A DNA stretch of 63,497 bases, counting the filler, from Octopus bimaculoides (taxonomy: Eukaryota): assembly GCF_001194135.2 (NCBI RefSeq). It is 6 parts of 4 records of this genome, joined end to end, with 100 filler letters (N's around TTAATTAATTAA, not from the genome) between each part and the next. Parts side by side here need not be neighbours in the genome. Positions count along the whole stretch, not along the records: positions 24,258 to 48,091 come from NC_068982.1; positions 48,192 to 55,269 come from NC_069000.1; 4 more parts are not named here. One strand, 5' to 3'. Below, in pieces: positions 36,991 through 48,385 of this stretch; the stretch's first letter is position 1; each line of letters opens with the position of its first letter. The notes under the pieces are model-generated. The model did not search any database and was not told the DNA's origin. It saw only the letters and a program-made list of their open reading frames with translations. The translations under genes and the position numbers were made by a program.

Positions 36991-37736
36991 CTAGGATACA
37001 TTTCTAGCTATACTGTATGGTACCTCATAAACTCTCGGAAAGGAATTCCTTGTACCAGTATTCCGTTTGTGATATGCTTTTGAAATGGAATAAAAACATG
37101 CCTTTTTTGAAACAACTTGTGACTGGAGATGAAATATAGATTGTGTGCGAAAATGGAGTGTGAAAAAGATCCTGGAGTTTGCGTAAGGATCCCTCAAGAC
37201 AGCAACCAAAGACGAATATCCATGCCAAAATAGCTATGCTTTGTATTTGGTGGGATTAAGAGCTTCTCCCACAAAACAAGACCATTAATTCTGATGTGTA
37301 CTCTCGTCAGCTGGACATTTTGAACCAAAAATCAAAGAACTGAGGCCGGAGATTGACACCAAGAAAGGAATAGTGTTCCAACAAGGCAATGCCCAACTAC
37401 ATGTGTCTTTGGCTACCCGGACAAAGATACATGAACTTGGCTGGGACCTCTTACCCCATCAACCATATTCTCCTGATATTACGCCATCCGACTACCTCTT
37501 GTTTTTGTCTCTACAGAACTCATTGCCAGGAAAAACATTTAACGATTTGGATGGAGTCAAAATACATCTAGATAACTTTTTTTTATGCTAATGGAATATT
37601 TAAATTGCTTGATAGATGGGTAAAGGTCATTAATAATAATGGAAATTATTTCATTGAATAAAATTTATTGAAATGTCAATTATTTATATCCCATTTTGTA
37701 TTATGAAAATCGCTCAGAACTTTCCGGACAACCTAA
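36991..37736 (+). mobile_element. Mariner transposase 3' half with right TIR
   Basis: FLKQLVTGDE; AMLCIWWD; HQPYSPDITPSDYLLF; TIR ..CAGAACTTTCCGGACAACCTAA-TA. Confidence 0.9.
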
Positions 37737-37890
37737 TATACATACATACCTACATACATACATATATACATACATACATTTATACACATGTATATAATGA
37801 TATATGCATGCATTTATTGATTATATGTGTATATGTTTGTGTCTATCTATCTATCAATCTATATATCTATTTATGTGTGTGTATGTGTGT

Positions 37891-37977
<87 letters not shown>

Positions 37978-38059
37978 TGTGTGTGTGTGTGTGTGTACAT
38001 ATATACAAACAAACATACACACATGCAGAAAACAAAGTGAAAGGCGCCTACTCACATGA

Positions 38060-38360
38060 CTGCATTTCTGATTACTTTCTGAAAAAATGCATATTTCTAA
38101 CGAAATTTGCAGAGATATGCTTTCAGGATGTAGATTACGATTGATTTGATGAAATTTAAAAGAAAATTATTTGGGGTGGAATTTCGGATCATTCTCTCAT
38201 CTCCCAAATTTTTCTTTATTGCTCTCTCAAAATGCATACTGTTTAATGAAAATTTTCAGAGATGCATATTTGCAGTTGTATATCACGATTGTGTGGATAA
38301 AAATTTGGAAAAACGGGGACCAGTTTCGGATCATCCCCACCAACTCGAATTTCTTGCCAC
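38060..38360 (+). repeat. ~145-bp imperfect direct duplication (possible MITE interior)
   Basis: AAAATGCATA..CAGAGAT..CACGATTG..TTTCGGATCAT occurs twice. Confidence 0.5.
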
Positions 38361-39237
38361 CAACTTTTGTAACTGTATTATTTTTTCCTAAATTTATGGA
38401 TACATCGTAACTTACATACTCGGAAACATATTTCTTCAAAATTACATTTAAAATGTACATTTTAAAAAGAGTTACGGGGAAAAGAATTCGAGAGGGGGCA
38501 TCAAACCTAGTTACTCTTATGCAATCCCAATATTATAGAAAAATTAAAAGTCATAACTCCAACACCGAACATTTTAAGTATTAGGGAAAAAAATTTCTCT
38601 CTTTCTTAACACAAGCAACACCTGCAAGAATGTACATACTTATGTACNNNNNNNNNNNNNNNNNNNNNNNNNNNNNNNNNNNNNNNNNNNNNNNNNNNNN
38701 NNNNNNNNNNNNNNNNNNNNNNNNNNNNNNNNNNNNNNNNNNNNNNNNNNNNNNNNNNNNNNNNNNNNNNNNNNNNNNNNNNNNNNNNNNNNNNNNNNNN
38801 NNNNNNNNNNNNNNNNNNNNNNNNNNNNNNNNNNNNNNNNNNNNNNNNNNNNNNNNNNNNNNNNNNNNNNNNNNNNNNNNNNNNNNNNNNNNNNNNNNNN
38901 NNNNNNNNNNNNNNNNNNNNNNNNNNNNNNNNNNNNNNNNNNNNNNNNNNNNNNNNNNNNNNNNNNNNNNNNNNNNNNNNNNNNNNNNNNNNNNNNNNNN
39001 NNNNNNNNNNNNNNNNNNNNNNNNNNNNNNNNNNNNNNNNNNNNNNNNNNNNNNNNNNNNNNNNNNATCTAGTCTTTCTCATTCGCAAAATGAGCCCCAC
39101 TTAATTTTGCACAGATTGCCTTCAATTTTAGTGTAACGATGCAACTCTGAATTTTGATTATCAACCAGTTACATTATCTCGTAAATTAAAGAATCTGATG
39201 TTATCTGGAATTAAAGTTGGGAAATTTGGGTAATTTT

Positions 39238-39285
39238 AGCCAATCAACAGACGGGGAGGCATGAACAGCTTGTTACCATGACAAC
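39238..39285 (+). promoter_or_regulatory. Candidate Pol II promoter: CCAAT box, GC-box-like element, RFX X-box
   Basis: AGCCAATCA (39238-39246), GGGGAGGC (39253-39260), GTTACCATGACAAC (39272-39285) in non-repeat DNA. Confidence 0.5.
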
Positions 39286-40020
39286 TGCACGCTGTGTTGT
39301 GGTTCACTGTTGTCTATGCTGGTTTTTCACACTTGATGCTTCACACCCCGAAATCCTTTTCTCCCGCGTGTTTTGTTTTAATTTTTCTTTGTATTAGTAT
39401 ATTACATACTTTTCTGTGCTTCTCTGTGTTAGTATTTTTCTGTGCTTTTTCTGTGTGTTAGTATTTTTATATATTTTTTCATTTCATATATTTTTGGGAC
39501 TCATTGGCTCAGATAGCTGGATTTATGATTTCACTAGGTTAATTCTATTCATAAAAATTTTAACTAGGAGTAGGGATATCGTACGACAAAGAAACTGTGG
39601 GTGATATAGATAATTTGACATTATTTTTGAATTCTGCTTGCAAAAACATGTAAGATACAGGTATTCTTTTCTTTGGGACAAATTCTTTGTTGACCAGTGT
39701 TATTCCTATCGTAGTTTACAAATCAAAGCATGAAAACGTTACTCAACTTTGGAGTTTTGGAGACAGACATACATGCATACATATTTATGTATTAATGATG
39801 TACACATGCATTTATATATTAATGATGTACATAAATATATGACAGGTGTACATAATACTGAAATACGCATAAAGTGAACACATGCAGACAAATATATTAT
39901 AAATATATAATAATATAATAAATTTTAAAAAGTGATTTAAAAAATACAATCAATGAAGAGACAAAAGAAACGGTAAGATGATACGTGTTGATCTTATTAG
40001 GTGTTTCTGTTTATTTAGAA

Positions 40021-40560
40021 CTTTTTTGAACACCGAAAAAGACAAGCAACCAGAGAAATGAGTCATGCAACATAAAGAACATTCCCTTCATCAGTTGTCC
40101 CCTGTTTTATCTACTCCGCGTTTCGTTAAAACAGTCCTTCCTGCAAAGTAAATTAAATGAAAATTTGTGATTTTTTTCGGAGGGTGAAAATGGTAACAAA
40201 AATAGGACAGTAATAACAAAACAGTAAAAACAACCGGTGGGGGCTGTTAAGCCAAGACTATGTGAAGTGGTAAACGCTTGGAAAAACGAGCTTTGAGAAG
40301 AGACAGATAAAAGCACGTCTTATCTGTTTTAAGGACTGTTTTAACGAAGTCGCGTCTTGTCCTTACCTTCGAAACGCGGAATAGATAAAACAGGGGACAA
40401 CGGATGAAGGGAATGTTCTTTATGTTGCATGTCTCGTTTCTCTGGTCGCTTTTTCGTTGTTCGAAAAAAAGTTCGTTTTCTATGTTTTTGTTTATTATGT
40501 TCTCGTTTCTCATTCTGTCCACGTCTTTTTTATGTCCTGTACCCATATATGCATGTATAT
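40021..40560. repeat. Foldback of a PLE-like terminal repeat (arms 40021-40139 / 40331-40471), right arm continuing to GTCCTGTACCCATATAT and (AT)n
   Basis: Arms are reverse complements apart from a 25-nt indel; left arm carries GACAA-CTGATGA on the minus strand. Confidence 0.8.
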
Positions 40561-40629
40561 ATACATATATATAGGTACGTACATATATGTATATATACAT
40601 ATATTTATATATTATTTATATTATATTAC

Positions 40630-40671
<42 letters not shown>

Positions 40672-40677
40672 CATATA

Positions 40678-40812
40678 TTCTTTTATTCTTTTATCTTTAC
40701 TTGTTCCAGTCATTTGACTCCAGCCATGCTGGGGCACTACTTTAAAGAGTCTTAGTCGAAGAAATATACCCCAGGACTTATTCTGTGTAAGCCTAGTACT
40801 TATTCTATTGTT
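40678..40812 (-). mobile_element. SINE B, 5'-truncated
   Basis: Tail and core present. Confidence 0.75.
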
Positions 40813-40814
40813 CA

Positions 40815-41721
40815 TATTGATTCTTTGAAAGATTAATTGGTTGATGAGTATTTAAATACATATCGCAAATATTTACAATCATTGCACGATGGCATGGTGG
40901 ATCGATTTCAAGATGTTATTGCGCTGAATATTCCAAATTAGTATAGCAATCCATTTGAGGTCGATTTAGCTGATTGCGAGGACGATGTTCATGAGGAATT
41001 GATAGAATTACAAAATTACAATGAGGCCATAATGCGATATTGCCGTAATGGCAAAGAAGATTTGTGGTACCATCAGAGTATATTGAATTCCTACCCCAAT
41101 CTGTGGAAACGTCTGATATTACTGTTGCTTGCCTTCCCTATCTCGTACCTGGTTGAACCTGGTTTTAGCCATGTTGGAACTTTTCCATAAAAGAATTGGA
41201 CTGGATGTAACACAACGAGGAGACTTGCGGCTAAAGTTGACAAGTTTGAAATCGAATGTATCTGCACTAGTTGGATTGCACCAGACACATAGTTCTCATT
41301 AAAAAGTTGTATTCTTTTCCTTTATAATACAATCATTAATTATTTTTGCATCGGTAGTTTTGATCAATGGTTCATTTGGGGAAAATAAAAAGCAGTATAA
41401 AAGAAAGCGCAAGCTTACCGAAGTTAATCTGTCTGCATAATATAGAGTTAACGTTAGAATTTTATTCACACTAATGGCAAAACTAAACCTACAATAAGGG
41501 ATTTATAAACAACCGCATATTTAGTCCAAACGGCACTAACCGGGCAACGAGTCTACGATATAGTGTGTGTGTCAAATGATACAAGGGGAAGTTCTCCTAG
41601 GGGATTTAGTGTTAGGGAGAGTTGTGTCAGGTTTTTTTTTTTAACAGGTGGGCGATGGAGCATTTCTTGGCCGATAGGTGGGCGATATTGCAATTTGGCG
41701 TGAAAAGTTTTGGAAACACTG
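40815..41721 (+). mobile_element. hAT (Charlie-like) transposon 3' part with right end
   Basis: LLLAFPISYLVEPGFSHV..RGDLRLKLTSL..HQTHSSH* dimerisation domain; end GGAAACACTG followed by GTCTAAAG (NTCTARAN-type target). Confidence 0.85.
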
Positions 41722-41829
41722 GTCTAAAGACAACGCTATGTACTCTAGTAAGCCGCTAAATATTACATTCAGTAACTCAGCAAACATGGACTAGTTTTCA
41801 AGAAGTGCAGTACCAATTGGTTTCAAATT

Positions 41830-42890
41830 AGAAGTATGCCAAAAGTGTGGCGCAATGAACTGAAAACGTAAATCACTACCAATGTGTTATTCCAAATGAA
41901 AGGTTATCATACATATATTGGCCGAATCTTCAGAACAACTGAAAACGTGGCTGTTAGCTTCAACAAGAGAGTTCAAACAAGAACCCATAATTCAGCATTT
42001 CAGATGATAAGTTTCGTATTTAACATCATACCAGAATTGGAATTCATGCCAAACGGCATGTTTACCATCATGCAGAATGACTCCAGTCCCAAGCATATGA
42101 ATGTCTACAATTCGTTCAACTTTTCATTGTTGGAACAGGGGAGTTACTGAGGCAATTATACAAAAATCACAAAACTTGATATCATACTGCAAAGATGGTT
42201 TGGATCAAATAGAAATTCTCTGCAAAGTTTCAAATACTCATCTCGAATTGCTCCTACTGTGGTCTTCAAATCGATACAGGCAAACGATGACATGACGTAG
42301 TTGATTCAATAAATCAACCAGAAGTGAAATCTTGATTGCAAGTGACTAAGGGCACTTTAAATCATAGATGTCATCTGAAAACTTTTTGCAACAATATTAA
42401 GCAGGTAAGTGAGATATATAGTTCAGATAAAACTCTTTAATAGCAGTTTATCTGTGTTCGTGATAGAGATGGATACCACTTTACAATTGTACACACTCGA
42501 GCAAGAAAACCTGTCATACATAGATCTTTATGCAAACTTGGTCGTGGTCAATCATAACTATTTCAACCACTTCCAATAATGTTAACATTTATTTCATATG
42601 CTTGCTGTTGAGATGTGCTCCAACAAGGAATAGAAAAATCGTTATTCATAAAAACGAACCCAAAACAATTGCGCTGGATTCACACATTCATCTTAGAATT
42701 GGCACGAACGATAATGGAAGCAAAACTGTCAGCTGTGCATTCTTCCAGAGAATTTTACAGAAAGTCCGTGATACACGCATGAAGAAACTAGAAATATTAT
42801 GAGCTATGTCAGAACATATGGAAGCCCAGTTCTCTTTACCACATTCACGTGTAGTCCTGATTTGAAAGGGGTGAGTGTAAAGACTTTGCT
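41830..42890 (+). mobile_element. Highly degenerate Helitron Rep N-terminal region
   Basis: CQKCGAMN*K..MCYSK*KV; HNSAFQMISF; SLFIKTNPKQLR/DSHIHLR; IMSYVRTYGSPVLFTTFTCSP. Confidence 0.8.
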
Positions 42891-42957
42891 CTGAAACAGT
42901 CTAATAAACACTGATAATATTTGTAGGTCAGGGCTTTTCAACAACTACAGTATAGAT

Positions 42958-43140
42958 TAGGGGTTCTCAACCATTTTTTATCTACGCACCCTTTTGACTA
43001 CTATTTTATTCTGGTGAACCCTCATAGCCAATTTGATGTTTAAGAACTAGTTTTATAGTTATTTTTCACACATTAGAACTAATTTTAATTTATTTTTCAC
43101 AAATTAACTTGTGTAAGTTGAACTACGTAAAATGGAGAAA
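42958..43140 (+). mobile_element. hAT-type MITE left end
   Basis: GTATAGAT-TAGGGGTTCTCAACC resembles CAGGGGTTCTCAAC hAT termini. Confidence 0.45.
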
Positions 43141-43611
43141 GAAGCCTAGCTGTTTCTTGCAATACATACCACTACATACATGATTTCCTTGCAGCTCGTG
43201 CTGAAGAGAAACAGATATTTTCGGTAAGAGAATGTTAATTTCGAAACCGGTCCACGAATAATAATGTTTGATTTAAGTAATTTTCAGTGTCTTGCCCGCA
43301 TACGGTTTGGTATTTCGCTGAATTTCTTTTGAGAATTATTAGGTCTTAGTAAACACATTACATGTGATCTTCTAGCACATTAACTGTCCACTTAGTGGTC
43401 GTCTTTATATACACATATACATTAATCCCCTGAGATCTCAGATATTTTTTCTGAATCTCTCTGATTCTTTCAATGTGTTGGCTTCCTGGTAATAAATCGA
43501 TATTAATTAGTATCTGATTTTTTACCCTATGTTTTAATTTTAATTTATACATATATATATATATATTGGCGATTTTCTTCCTCTGTCTTCCTTTCTATTG
43601 GACTTGCCTCT

Positions 43612-43646
43612 GTTTCTGAAGAAGAGCGTTGCTCGAAACGCTAAAC
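43612..43646 (+). ncRNA. Minimal type I hammerhead motif, cleavage triplet mutated (GCT)
   Basis: GTTT-CTGAAGA-A-GAGC-GTT-GCTC-GAAAC-GCT-AAAC inside a ~170-bp repeat flanked by (AT)n. Confidence 0.55.
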
Positions 43647-44010
43647 TCTCTTTCTTTCCTTCCTTGAGCGTCTGCTAATACTTTATCACGTCCTCGCGTT
43701 GTTGTTTTTTTGTGTTTGTTCTTCTTTTTTGGGGATTTACTATCTATCTATATATATCTATATACATATACATACACACACACACACACACACANNNNNN
43801 NNNNNNNNNNNNNNNNNNNNNNNNNNNNNNNNNNNNNNNNNNNNNNNNNNNNNNNNNNNNNNNNNNNNNNNNNNNNNNNNNNNNNNNNNNNNNNNNNNNN
43901 NNNNNNNNNNNNNNNNNNNNNNNNNNNNNNNNNNNNNNNNNNNNNNNNNNNNNNNNNNNNNNNNNNNNNNNNNNNNNNNNNNNNNNNNNNNNNNNNNNTA
44001 CATATATATA

Positions 44011-44043
<33 letters not shown>

Positions 44044-44114
44044 ACGTACGTATGTATGTATGTATGTATGTATGTATGTATGTATGTATGTATGTGTCAG
44101 TGTGTGTATTTTGT

Positions 44115-44268
44115 GTCTTGGTGTGTTTACGTGACCGTAATCCAACGGTTGAGCAAAAGAGACTGATATAATAAGTACTACCCTTAAAAAAAAAGTTTGA
44201 CTAAGGTTCTTCAAGGCGGTGACCCAGTATGGTCACGGTCTAAATACCGAAACAAGTAAAAGATACAT
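44115..44268 (+). mobile_element. SINE family B
   Basis: Diverged copy. Confidence 0.7.
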
Positions 44269-44325
44269 GCATATGCTCATATATCATTTGTATCATTATT
44301 ATTATTATTATCATTATTATTATTA

Positions 44326-44392
<67 letters not shown>

Positions 44393-44393
<1 letters not shown>

Positions 44394-45314
44394 TAGGTTG
44401 TCAAGAAAGTTCTTGCAGTTTTTAACTTTTAAATTCAGATGAATATATCTCGGCACAAACAAAACTTTAGTAATCGAAATAAACTCCATCAGAATCAACA
44501 CACTTTTGCCAACGCGAAACAAGTTTATTTATGCCAGTAGCATTCTGGTGGCGATGAAGTCGTTGAAGGTGTGTTTGGCATCGTCTTGGTTTTTTAAGCA
44601 TTTCTCACGCAGGAAGTCGGCGAGATGCTTGAAAAAGTGGTAGTCGGTAGGCGAGAGGTCTGGTGAGTATGGCGAATGAGGCAGAGTTTCGTAGCCCAAT
44701 TCGTTCAACTTTTGCAGGGTCAGTTGTGCAACGTGCGGCCGAGCATTGTTGTGGAGAAGAATTGGTCTTTTCTATTGACCAATGTTGGCTGTTGTTGTCG
44801 GAGTTTCTTATGCATTTCATCCATTTGCTGACAGTACTTCTCCGCGGTAATGGTTTCGCCTGCATCCAAAAAGCTGTGATGGATGAGACAAGCCGTAGAC
44901 CACCAAACAGTCACCATGACCTTCTATTGGTGCAACTTTGGCTTCGAGAAGTGCTGTGGATCTTCGTCGGCGTCCAACCACTGAGCTGTGCGTCGCCGGT
45001 CGTCGTAAAGAATCCACTTTTCATCACAATCCGGTGGAGAAACGGGTCGTTCTTGTTGCGTAAAAGAAGGGAAAATGACACTTCAGAACGGCGTTTTTTT
45101 TTGTTTTTTGGTTGTCGTTCATTTCGAGCGGCACCCATTTCTCAAGTATTTTTGTTTTTTCAATCTCTTTCAAGTGGTTGGCAATTGTTGTATACGTTAC
45201 GTCTAATTCAGAAGCAAGCTCTCGAACAGTTGTGCGTGGATTGGCTTCGACTAAGGCTCTTAGTTGATCGTTGTCAATATCCGATGGCCGACCACTACGC
45301 TTATCATCTTCAAG
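44393..45314 (-). mobile_element. Mariner transposon, Hsmar1/cecropia-subfamily-like, interrupted by a gap
   Basis: TA-TTAGGTTG TIR; KVMVTVWWS..GETITAEKYCQQMDEMH..LVNRK; LQKLNELGYE..PYSPDLSPTDYHFFKHL; RWQKCVD. Confidence 0.92.
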
Positions 45315-47078
45315 NNNNNNNNNNNNNNNNNNNNNNNNNNNNNNNNNNNNNNNNNNNNNNNNNNNNNNNNNNNNNNNNNNNNNNNNNNNNNNNNNNNNNN
45401 NNNNNNNNNNNNNNNNNNNNNNNNNNNNNNNNNNNNNNNNNNNNNNNNNNNNNNNNNNNNNNNNNNNNNNNNNNNNNNNNNNNNNNNNNNNNNNNNNNNN
45501 NNNNNNNNNNNNNNNNNNNNNNNNNNNNNNNNNNNNNNNNNNNNNNNNNNNNNNNNNNNNNNNNNNNNNNNNNNNNNNNNNNNNNNNNNNNNNNNNNNNN
45601 NNNNNNNNNNNNNNNNNNNNNNNNNNNNNNNNNNNNNNNNNNNNNNNNNNNNNNNNNNNNNNNNNNNNNNNNNNNNNNNNNNNNNNNNNNNNNNNNNNNN
45701 NNNNNNNNNNNNNNNNNNNNNNNNNNNNNNNNNNNNNNNNNNNNNNNNNNNNNNNNNNNNNNNNNNNNNNNNNNNNNNNNNNNNNATATTTAAATTATGT
45801 CAGAAAAATGTTAGAAAAATGTTAGAAAATCTTTTTGGTATATAAACATTGTATTTTGAGAAATAACCGGTTTCGTGTTGTCTTTTCAAATATACATATA
45901 TAGTCGTTGTCGTTATTTCTGTGCATGTTTTTATGTATGCATTTATGTATGTATATATGTATGTATGTACCTGCGTGTGTGGATGCGTGCATGTGTGTTT
46001 TTGGCTATGTATATCTAGGTAAGTCGTTGACAGTGGTAAAATAAGGTTGTTTTTTGTACTCTTATTTGTTCAAATTAAAACTTGCTGTGTAATATTTTAT
46101 TGTGCTCGATTTGCCCAGAGACTCCTTTGTCATTCCCTCCATGGAATAACAATAAAAGGAATTCCCCGTTTGAAACCTGTAACCAAGCAAGGCTATTGTT
46201 CACTAAATATGAATACAGTATATAAACATTTCAGCTACAACAAAATGAAATGACAAAACCCTAACAATAGCATACAATGATCTTTAGACTTGGCACAAGG
46301 TCACAATATGCAGCCGGGTGATCTCAAGACTGATTCGACCACCCCCCGTTGTCAGTTCGTGTAGAATAATTACTATTGATGAGAACAATAATAAGCAGAT
46401 ATAAATAAATAAATAAATAAATGCTTATAATCATGGTTGGATTAAGGCCAAGTGACGCCTTAAGCACAGAATAACAACGGTGTCCCTTTGACTCTTCCAT
46501 TGCTTAACTGATAACAACATTCAGACATTAATAAATGTCAAATAATAGATAGAATGAAAAATTAGTTTATTCCAAACCAAACCGTACAACTATATCAAAT
46601 ACTATTATTAAATACTAGTATTAATTTTATTTAATAATAGATAACAGTAAGTAAAATAAGTAAATTATAGTACAATCCTTTTACTCATTCTTTTGATAAC
46701 TTATAGTTATCAAATATCATAATATCTACCATAATAAATCCGTCGCTGAGAAAACGCCTGGTGGGACCCTTGTCTTGGTCTTCTAGGTATGCTTATATTG
46801 TTTAGTGGATAACTTGGCTCTACTGATAATGTTGTTGCTGTTGTTTCTGCTGCTACTGCTGCTGCTTGTGTCATGTTTATATAACTCTGAAATTACAGCA
46901 GTTGGCCATCTTTTCCTTAAAGCGTGCTGATGTACACATGATTTATCTAACGTCTGCTATACGGCCTACCAGTGGACTAAGAGCGTATAATATAGAGAAA
47001 TGAATTGAAAACGGAAAAGATTTTGTTTAGCGCATCGCTATTAATTAGCCACGTGATCAGACTCCAACCACTGCGTGA

Positions 47079-47128
<50 letters not shown>

Positions 47129-47428
47129 TTCTATTTCTTTCACTTTCTTTCTATTTTTTTCTCTTTTTCTTTCATATACACACAGGGCACCTTCTCTTTT
47201 TCTCTCTGCTCCCTCCCTCCCTCTTTCTCTCTGCCCACTCTTTCTTTCTTTCTCTCTCACACACACACACACCCACATACATACATTCGCATTTACATGA
47301 AGTGGTTCTCACGTACACACTCTCACACATGCGCACAAACATACACCCTCCACTTCCGCCTCACACATTCCCTCAAATACATACACGTATGCTCGCGCAA
47401 ACACACCAGTACTGACCCATTCTTTCGC

Positions 47429-47463
<35 letters not shown>

Positions 47464-48049
47464 CTCTCTTTCTCTCTCTCCCCTCTCCCTCTTTCTCTCT
47501 CTTCCTATTCTCCCCCCTCTCTCTCTCTTTCTTTCTTTCTTTCTCTCTCTCCTCTCTTCCTCTCTCTCTCCCTCTTTCTCTCTCCTCCTATTCTCCCCCC
47601 TCTCTCTTTCTGCATACACACACTTTTTCACACTTCTCTATTTCCTATTCAGTTCCTTATGGTCTTGTTCCGCTTATATTCCCGATGTAAACGAAATATT
47701 TTAGTTACGCAGAAGAACAACAGTAAGACGAGCCACATGATCTAACTACACGTCGGTTGGAATATTGTTCCAAGATAGGCAAACTAACTACATTGGAAAG
47801 CTATAATCAAAATAAAATATACATATATATTTATATAAATAAAACAGAAAAACAAAAACAAAAAAAACAAACAGAAATATATAAGTGAAAAAGAAACCAA
47901 AATTAATATATATATATTTTTTTAAACTACTATAAAGAAAAAATAGACATAAGAAGGAAAATACAAACCACGCAGCTCTACAGGCGCACATGTTCTTTCA
48001 TTCTTGCGGAATACACACAACTATTCACAAGATAAACACGTAACATTTA

Positions 48050-48091
<42 letters not shown>

Positions 48092-48191
48092 NNNNNNNNN
48101 NNNNNNNNNNNNNNNNNNNNNNNNNNNNNNNNNNNTTAATTAATTAANNNNNNNNNNNNNNNNNNNNNNNNNNNNNNNNNNNNNNNNNNNN
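48092..48191. other. Artificial scaffold linker
   Basis: N44-TTAATTAATTAA-N44. Confidence 0.92.
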
Positions 48192-48291
48192 CAGCAACCT
48201 GATTAATAATAGTAATAATAATAATATAATAATAATAATAATAATAGTAACATCGATAGGAATGAGAACCCAGGTTCGAAATTTCCCCAAG

Positions 48292-48335
48292 ACACCTGAC
48301 GAAGGCTGGAGAGTATATCAGCCGAAACGTTGTGT
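48292..48335 (+). ncRNA. Minimal type I hammerhead ribozyme in a PLE terminal repeat (48250-48385)
   Basis: ACAC-CTGACGA-A-GGCTG(loop)CAGCC-GAAAC-GTT-GTGT; palindromic AACGTT stem III; predicted cut after 48331. Confidence 0.75.
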
Positions 48336-48385
48336 TAACAACAAACAAGATGAGGACGAATATCCGTCTAATGTAAATAATGTAC

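Noticed and set aside
44663-45793. 376-aa plus-strand ORF
   Set aside because: Antisense of the mariner transposase plus N gap
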